Assembly (NCBI GenBank): GCA_964200185.2
Contig: CAXNAD020000026.1
Location: forward strand, 1 to 44,106
Direction of reading: 5' to 3'
Source: Choristocarpus tenellus KU-1152
Lineage: Eukaryota > Protista > Phaeophyceae
DNA: 44,106 nt
Part shown: piece after piece, positions 37,701 to 44,106 of the stretch
Position numbering within the stretch: position 1 is the stretch's first letter
Layout: each line of letters opens with the position of its first letter
Program-made: the position numbers and the translations under genes
The notes under the pieces: model-generated
Told to the model about the DNA's origin: nothing
What the model saw: the letters and a program-made list of their open reading frames with translations, nothing else
Databases searched by the model: none

Positions 37701-39841
37701 TGTTTTCAATTTCAAACACAATTTCAAACACAATTTCAAAGACCTTGGTCAATGAATGGGAGTATTTTCTCTCATACAGTGATCGGATGCAAAATAGGAT
37801 TGGTGTCAGCACCTAACCAGAAAAACTGTGAGTACCTCAATGTAAGAACTGGTTCTTGTGATACACATGTAACTGTACAACATTCTTGAGAGAGCATGTA
37901 ATGTGTACTGTTGAAACTTGGAATACTGTAGAGAAATCTCATGAGGGCAAGGAATACAGAAGTTGCTGTGGTACGTTAAGGTATGTACACATGATAACCA
38001 CAGTCTACTTCTCTCCTCAATGGGCTTGATAGCTTGACTTCGTATTGAAAGTGAGCCTTTGGGGAATTTACCTGGGGGGTCAAGAAACACCAAATATTGC
38101 CAACACCAATACCATATATGTAAAGTCCAGTGGTCTGGGTCTACTGGTACTGGATAGGCAATAATCATGGTACATACTACATTGAGTAGATAGATTTCTA
38201 ATGTTCGGCAATTAGACCAGATACCATGGGTATTCTTCAAGCGTACAGTGAAAAGGCGTGTACTACCCCTTTATTGTGTCTTAAGGACATCAGCACCCCA
38301 TGTACAGCATGCACTGCTTTGTTGGGGTTCAAGATTTAACAATTCCTACAATGAAAGATTACTAGCATCAAGTATCAAAGGATCTTTGTAAGAACTCCTA
38401 ATCTTGAAGGTGATTGATTGATCACCTGATCACCTTCAAGATAAACCCTAACCCTAACTCAAGATATTTCATTGTGGTAGAATATCCATGTATATTCCTC
38501 CAACAGATGAAACATTCATAAACTACTAGTAGAGTTACATACACAAATATACCTAATATGTATGTATTATTTATGATAACCCAGTGTATCAACTTGACTC
38601 CTACTTGGAAAATTCTTTCCCTTTAAGGGTAGCACAAGGTGGAAAAAGTACTACAATTTTGTTGCAATGCTGAAACTGCAATGTAGATTTGACCCTTAAC
38701 ATTCAGAGTAAATGAAGTTGTGGTATGAATTTGAATCGATCTAATACTTGGATTGTACACACACTGACAACTATGCCATTGCTGTTTCTACAGAGTCTCC
38801 TGGGTAACTCCCTTGAAGAAATTGCAGAGCAAAAAGCAGGCATCATAAAACCAAGTTCAGTGGTGTTTACATGCACATCACAGACAGACACTTCAATGCA
38901 AGTTCTCAAAGAAGTGGCAGATAGAAATAATTCAGATTTGGTGCTTGTCAGAGCAGAGGATAAGCACCCCTACCTGAACATAACAGCAGGAAACCGACCT
39001 TCATGGGTACTGGCAGATAACATTCGATTGGTGGAGGCAGTTGCAGCACACCTTGGATTGGATATGAAGGGACTTCAGCAAGCTTCTTGGCCATGCAGGT
39101 GGGTAGGTTACTGAACTACTGCCAGGATTTTTGGATACGCTTTGGGATTTGTACCTCATTACTTTCTCCACTAATAATGCTTGCAAGGCCGGTTGGCTGA
39201 GAGCATAAACTACATGCTTTGTTCATGTCATCCACAGGTTTGAGGTATTTGAAGTTGGCTTGCAGCGCACACCACTTGTTATTGATGGAGCACACAATGA
39301 AGGAAGTATGAGCAAGCTGATGGAGCAACTCAATGAAAGGTGAGACCTCTTATGGACAGCATGGTCACTATTGATGTAGTTATATTACTTAAGACTGTCC
39401 TAATAATGATCAAACAAAAACAAAAAGTGTTGAACTAACCATTCATCTTTAACACTTGTCAGGTTCCCTCACAGAGGAGTTCACATAGTTTTTGGAGCAG
39501 CTGCAGATAAGAATGTTGAAGCAATGCTGAAAATCGCTCATGTGGCGAGTGTGAGCCTGTTTCTTGTTTGTGCGCCACACCCTCGTGCAATGTACACGCA
39601 TGAGCTTCACAAAATTTTGGAACCAGAGGGTATAAAGCATACCCACACAACAAAGTTGGACAACCTACCAGTGGAGAGAGGGCTAGAATTGGCACTGCAA
39701 ACATGTGCCAAGGGTGATATCGTGCTTGTGTGTGGTTCTTTTCTTGTGGCGTCTCGAGCAAGACAATGGCTTGCAAACGAGCAGCCCAGTCTCTTCAGTA
39801 GAAATGATTGGGTCCATGAGTCAGATGTACCATTCACATAA
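34741..39841 (+). CDS. FPGS: Folylpolyglutamate synthase / dihydrofolate synthase (FolC family, Mur-ligase fold), 6 exons, about 480 aa, with an N-terminal hydrophobic segment
   Basis: Exons: 34741-35041, 35132-35370, 35521-35637, 38794-39098, 39238-39339, 39463-39841 (1443 nt). Motifs HIAGTNGKGS, FTSPHI...RERI, EVGIGGKYDSTN, ITSISYDH..LLG, KAGIIK, WPCRF, DGAHN, CGSF. FPGS vs DHFS specificity is not resolved and the start codon is inferred. Confidence 0.9.
38401..38466. repeat. 14-bp perfect hairpin followed by a short interstitial telomeric repeat (CCCTAA) flanked by an 8-bp direct repeat
   Basis: Inverted pair ATCTTGAAGGTGAT (38401-38414) / ATCACCTTCAAGAT (38429-38442). AACCCTAACCCTAAC (38444-38458) lies between TCAAGATA copies at 38436-38443 and 38459-38466. 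Confidence 0.8.
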
Positions 39842-39899
39842 GAGAGAAAATGAAGAAACTTTAGAAGGGGCTTAAATATATATAAATATAAATATATAC

Positions 39900-42800
39900 T
39901 TATGTACGGGGTGTGTCGTCTATGTATGGCTCCCAGTCAACACTGCTTGGGGTGGCCTGGTCAAACAGCTCAAATATGTAGCGCCTAACAGGCAAGGAAA
40001 AGCTGAAGGTATTTGCCCACAATACGTACAAGTTCAACAAAAAAAGGAAACACACAAAACACATAGGGGAAGGGGAGGAGGAATGACGTGGGGTTAGGAG
40101 TTAGGAGGTGGGAGTTCTTCTACCAAACCTAGTATATTTGGAAACTTGAATCTCGCCTTGTGAGGAAACTTATCAATAAATTTTTGCTGTATACATTACA
40201 TAATGCTGTACCTGTACTCAGCAAGTAGCTGGTGGACAAGGAGGAACACTCTGATACTGCTGGTGAAGGCGGATCGATGTGTCTTGCCCTTCCGCATTCT
40301 CCCCAGCTTACTCTTGGCCTCCTTTCGAGAAATGTGACTACTCAGCTTAGCCACCTGCTCTAGCACCTCCCGCTCCTCTATCTGTGACTGCACCTCACGC
40401 CTTATGCGCTCAATCACAGGGTCAACAGGCTCCTGATCAAGTCCATGTGTAGGTGCGCCCTCATAGTCCCACGGCACTGGCTGTATTTGATTGATAGAGT
40501 GAGAATTGACTCGCAATCAAAAACCTTGGTTCATTGCACACCTACAAAACCCCCTCATCACCATCATCATAAAATGTAATTGCAAATGAGAAAGAGGTTA
40601 AACACTAATTTCAGACTACTTGTCCACAATTGTCCTGCACTGATGTAACCCTCACCTGAAAAAGAACTGCAGGGTCTTGAGGTAAAAATACATTTGTGCT
40701 TGGATCTCTTGCACTCTCCCATCCAGCAGCACGAATGGCTGCTCTGCCCTGTGCAGTCTGTGCTACAAGACTGATAGCGCAGAAGCAGGTCCTGCAGTTG
40801 ATTTGGCATGCTAAAGTTCAGCATGGATGACTACAAAGCAGTGTATATTGGTGTGCTTCACGTTGAGTAGAAGGGATGATGCAATGTACTATGAACAGTC
40901 CTCGAACACTATCATTACTCACCCCCAAACAGTCAGGTTAAGATGAGAGGTGCACAAGGAAGTCACCATCCTAATGAAATCCTCCCCATACTCTTGAAGC
41001 AGGGACAATCCAGGCGACCACCTGCTCACATGTGCCTAGAAGACACATGATTGTACCATCCATCACACAAAGGGATCAGAAAAGACAAAACCTACATAGG
41101 TTAAGAGAACTAAAACATGTGGATACTATTGGTTTCTATTCCATAGGCCCAGCCCAACATTATTGTGGGACACAATAAAAATACAAGTTTCACACCTAAA
41201 GGACAACATACTTAAGTGCACATTAAGCGACCCTTTGCCAAACCCTGTCCACGGTACACAAGTTCACTTCCTAACAGCCATGTCCACAGTACAAATTCAG
41301 TTAAGGTCCAAGGAACAAAACAGGTGCATCCTTGAGACCCTCTCCAGTCAGTGTGTACTGAGAGTGAGCCAAAGTATCTTATAGAGGGTAGGGCCATGTT
41401 CATTTGGGGGTTGAAATCCAATGTTGCGGTTTTGATGTAATTTTGGCTATTGTGTTTGTTAGGACGCGTCAATATCTATCATGTTGCGGACACACCTTTC
41501 CATAATGTATACATTTTATCTACTCCGAAACATTTTGGAGTAGGAATATGTCATAAAAAAAACATGGGAAGCCAAGCCCCAAATGGACAAACAGGGCAAA
41601 TCTTGTACCCTCTTAAGATACTTTCACTCAGTCATGGCTTGTAACATTTATGAAAAACCTTACCAGTCCCCAAAGAGCCCCCTTCCGATCTTCAGCTGGA
41701 GCATATGGATCCTTTGCTGTCTCCAGTAGTTGCCCCATGTTCCCATGCATTCTAAGCAACTCACATCCTTTCTCTGTCTTGGCCAACTCGCCATACAAAT
41801 GGACAGGAACAGCAACTGTAGCTGGTCTGGAAAACAAGAAGCACATCGCATAGCAAAGCCATCAAGCAGAATATTGACTTTCAAATGGGAGAGAGCAACA
41901 TACACTAGAACATTGCATGTATAGTGTTACATAGTTGACCTTCAAGGAAATGAATGGATATAGACTGAAAACAATCTACAGAATGAATGTCAAGTAACAA
42001 TTAATGATATATTTGTCACAGAGAATAAAAAGAACCCAAAACCTAAGACATCATTGGCCAAATACATGACATTGGCTTCAGAAAAATACAGCTGAGAAGG
42101 GAGCAACCCTCACAGCTGACATGCATTACCCACCCGAGATCCTCAAGGGAAATGGTGAACTCTACAGCTTTGAGGAAGGTGACACTGTTGCTCTCCACCA
42201 CCTGAAGTCATGGGAAGAACATATCAAGGAAATCAGAACATTAAAGTCATGTAAGCTATGTTCAGTATTGTTCAAGGCTACTTTACAGCTGAAAGAGTTT
42301 AAGGAGGTGAACAAGCACAACTTGAACAAATAGTGGTAGTGTACTCAGTCTCAACTATTGAGTGCAGAAGTCAACCAACTGTATTCCACTCTTGAAGTAC
42401 AAATATACTCACACAAAATGCTATTCATACTGTTCACATTTAACTACTATTCAGACTTTAAAACTACTCCAAACTAACACTCGACAATATCAACATCAAA
42501 ATGTTCTCACCTCCATCGCAAGTTCTGGCTGATTGGTGAAAATCCAACGTGCTGTCTCACCAGGCACATTGACAACATACTCATGCACCTTGGCTTCTTC
42601 CTCCACATCCCCTCGTCCATTTCTATTATCCCCATCACCAATCCTGTCAAACACACCAACCATGTCAACACTCTCTCCTGACCCCTCCAGTACGCTGTCT
42701 TCATGAGAATGGGACATGGTCTGCTCTGGACTGCCTTGCTGAACAGCACCCTTCAGAATCTCTGACTCCCCACCCCCTCGGATCATTGATGCTGCTACTG

Positions 42801-44106
42801 TGGCCCTCTGACTCAACCATGACAGTGCAAAAAAATGTTGAATGAGGATGATGAGTGTGAGCAAGTTAAAGAGATCAAAGAATCAAAAGCACTGTGGGAA
42901 GTAAAGGAATTAGCTGGTACGAGTCGGCTACAAGTATAGGCACAGTCTACATGTACATATGATAAAGAGGGTTATATCTCCCATTATTCAGGGCAACAAC
43001 ATCGAGGAGGACCTCACGAGGCCGACAGGTTGACCAAGAGAGGTGCTTTTGTTCAAGATCTGAAACATCATCAATGATGTCACCACGTGTCTGCTGAGGA
43101 GGCAAACGCGAAGATCGGCTTGATCGAAGCCTCCGCAGAGGAGTGGCCTGAGATGGAAAAGGATACAGATAAAAACAACCAGATAGGGAAACAAGTCAAT
43201 CACAATAGGATGAATGTGCAGCTCTTGATGCATCTCTTGCTCCACGATAATGTACAGTGTGACCTATATGATAGCTTGCCTGCAACACAAAGGTTAACCT
43301 TTGAAATCACGTTGGAAACCCCCTTCAAGAATATCCACTCCATTGTAGTTTGCAGGGTTAAGGTCAGGCACTTTGATATGTACAAAAAGTCACTTAAATG
43401 AGGTGCTCAAAATATAAACACATCAATACAAGAGAGAAACAAATAAACACCGATAACCCAACCAACACAATGTCACTTCAAGCATTCATAATTTTTCCGC
43501 AGTCCAACTGTGTGTAGAGCCTAGTATGATATCATTAACATAGCTGGACCAACCAAATAACTTTAACCTTAATCTTGAACTGTACCTGTCCTTCTGTAGG
43601 TATGGCCAACAGTGGCTGCACATTTCCCGATCGATCCAATGTGCATGACCCAACACATAGCCGGGTGTGGAGGGTAAGGTTGGACTCCAGGGGGTGGCAG
43701 GTAGGCTTCCCCGTTCCATCAATGAGGATACCTCGAACCACCTGTAATATTTTTTGAAGGGGTTAGATACACAGACCTAGATATGTGCACATTAAGGAGA
43801 ACTCCTCTTTCAAATTCCCACCAACATGGACGAGGCACGGAAGGCTGCTACATTCTGCTCAAGCTCCCTCTGAATATGGCAATAGATGTGACATAACCTC
43901 TCAGTCCTGCCAATGTCACTTTTGCACTTCTGACTCCTGCGATATATCTGCAGCTCATCAGAGAACCTTAGCATCTCTCCTACATACATACCAGCTTTCT
44001 CCCTGCTTCGCTTGCTGCGCCCCCCCCCCCCACAGTCCACCATTGGTTGTCACCCTTGGGGAGGCATCAACCCAAGTGTCTAGCTTGCGGGGTGAACCAG
44101 CTGGAG
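39900..44106 (-). CDS. RICTOR: RICTOR/AVO3 (TORC2 subunit), 3' portion; gene continues beyond the window
   Basis: Exons (-): probable >44106 to about 43992/43967, 43741-43586, 43147 to about 43013, about 42807-42511, 42201-42134, 41826-41664, 41035-40923, 40791-40656, 40480-40212, 40002-39900. Rictor domain-5 and C-terminal motifs: PVHLYGELAKTEKGCELL, RKGALWGLAHV, LTVWGTCFCAISLVAQT..G...GWES, VLEQVAKLSSHI, YSFSLPVRRYIFELFD. Confidence 0.88.

Overview
Intron-rich eukaryotic nuclear DNA. A stramenopile, possibly brown-algal, origin is inferred from gene structure and protein style only. Bases 1-9,300 are a transposon graveyard: a dead Ty1/copia 3' half with its 380-bp LTR, an inverted solo LTR of the same family with a perfect 5-bp TSD, and probable Crypton (tyrosine recombinase) and hAT relics. 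Bases 9,300-44,106 hold five spliced genes in strictly alternating orientation, which I reconstructed by hand: VPS52 (-, 14 exons, 695 aa, one GC-AG intron), DDX1 (+, 10 exons, 739 aa), SYS1 (-, 4 exons, 148 aa), a FolC/FPGS-family ligase (+, 6 exons, 480 aa) and the 3' part of RICTOR (-). Almost all other ORFs in the track are intronic or antisense noise. I found no unambiguous new multi-gene system. The best leads are an apparently membrane-anchored FolC with mixed motifs, a hairpin plus telomere-repeat insertion scar with an 8-bp flanking duplication, an inverted LTR pair that could give dsRNA, FPGS and RICTOR stop codons only 58 bp apart, and the SYS1/VPS52 (GARP pathway) neighbourhood.
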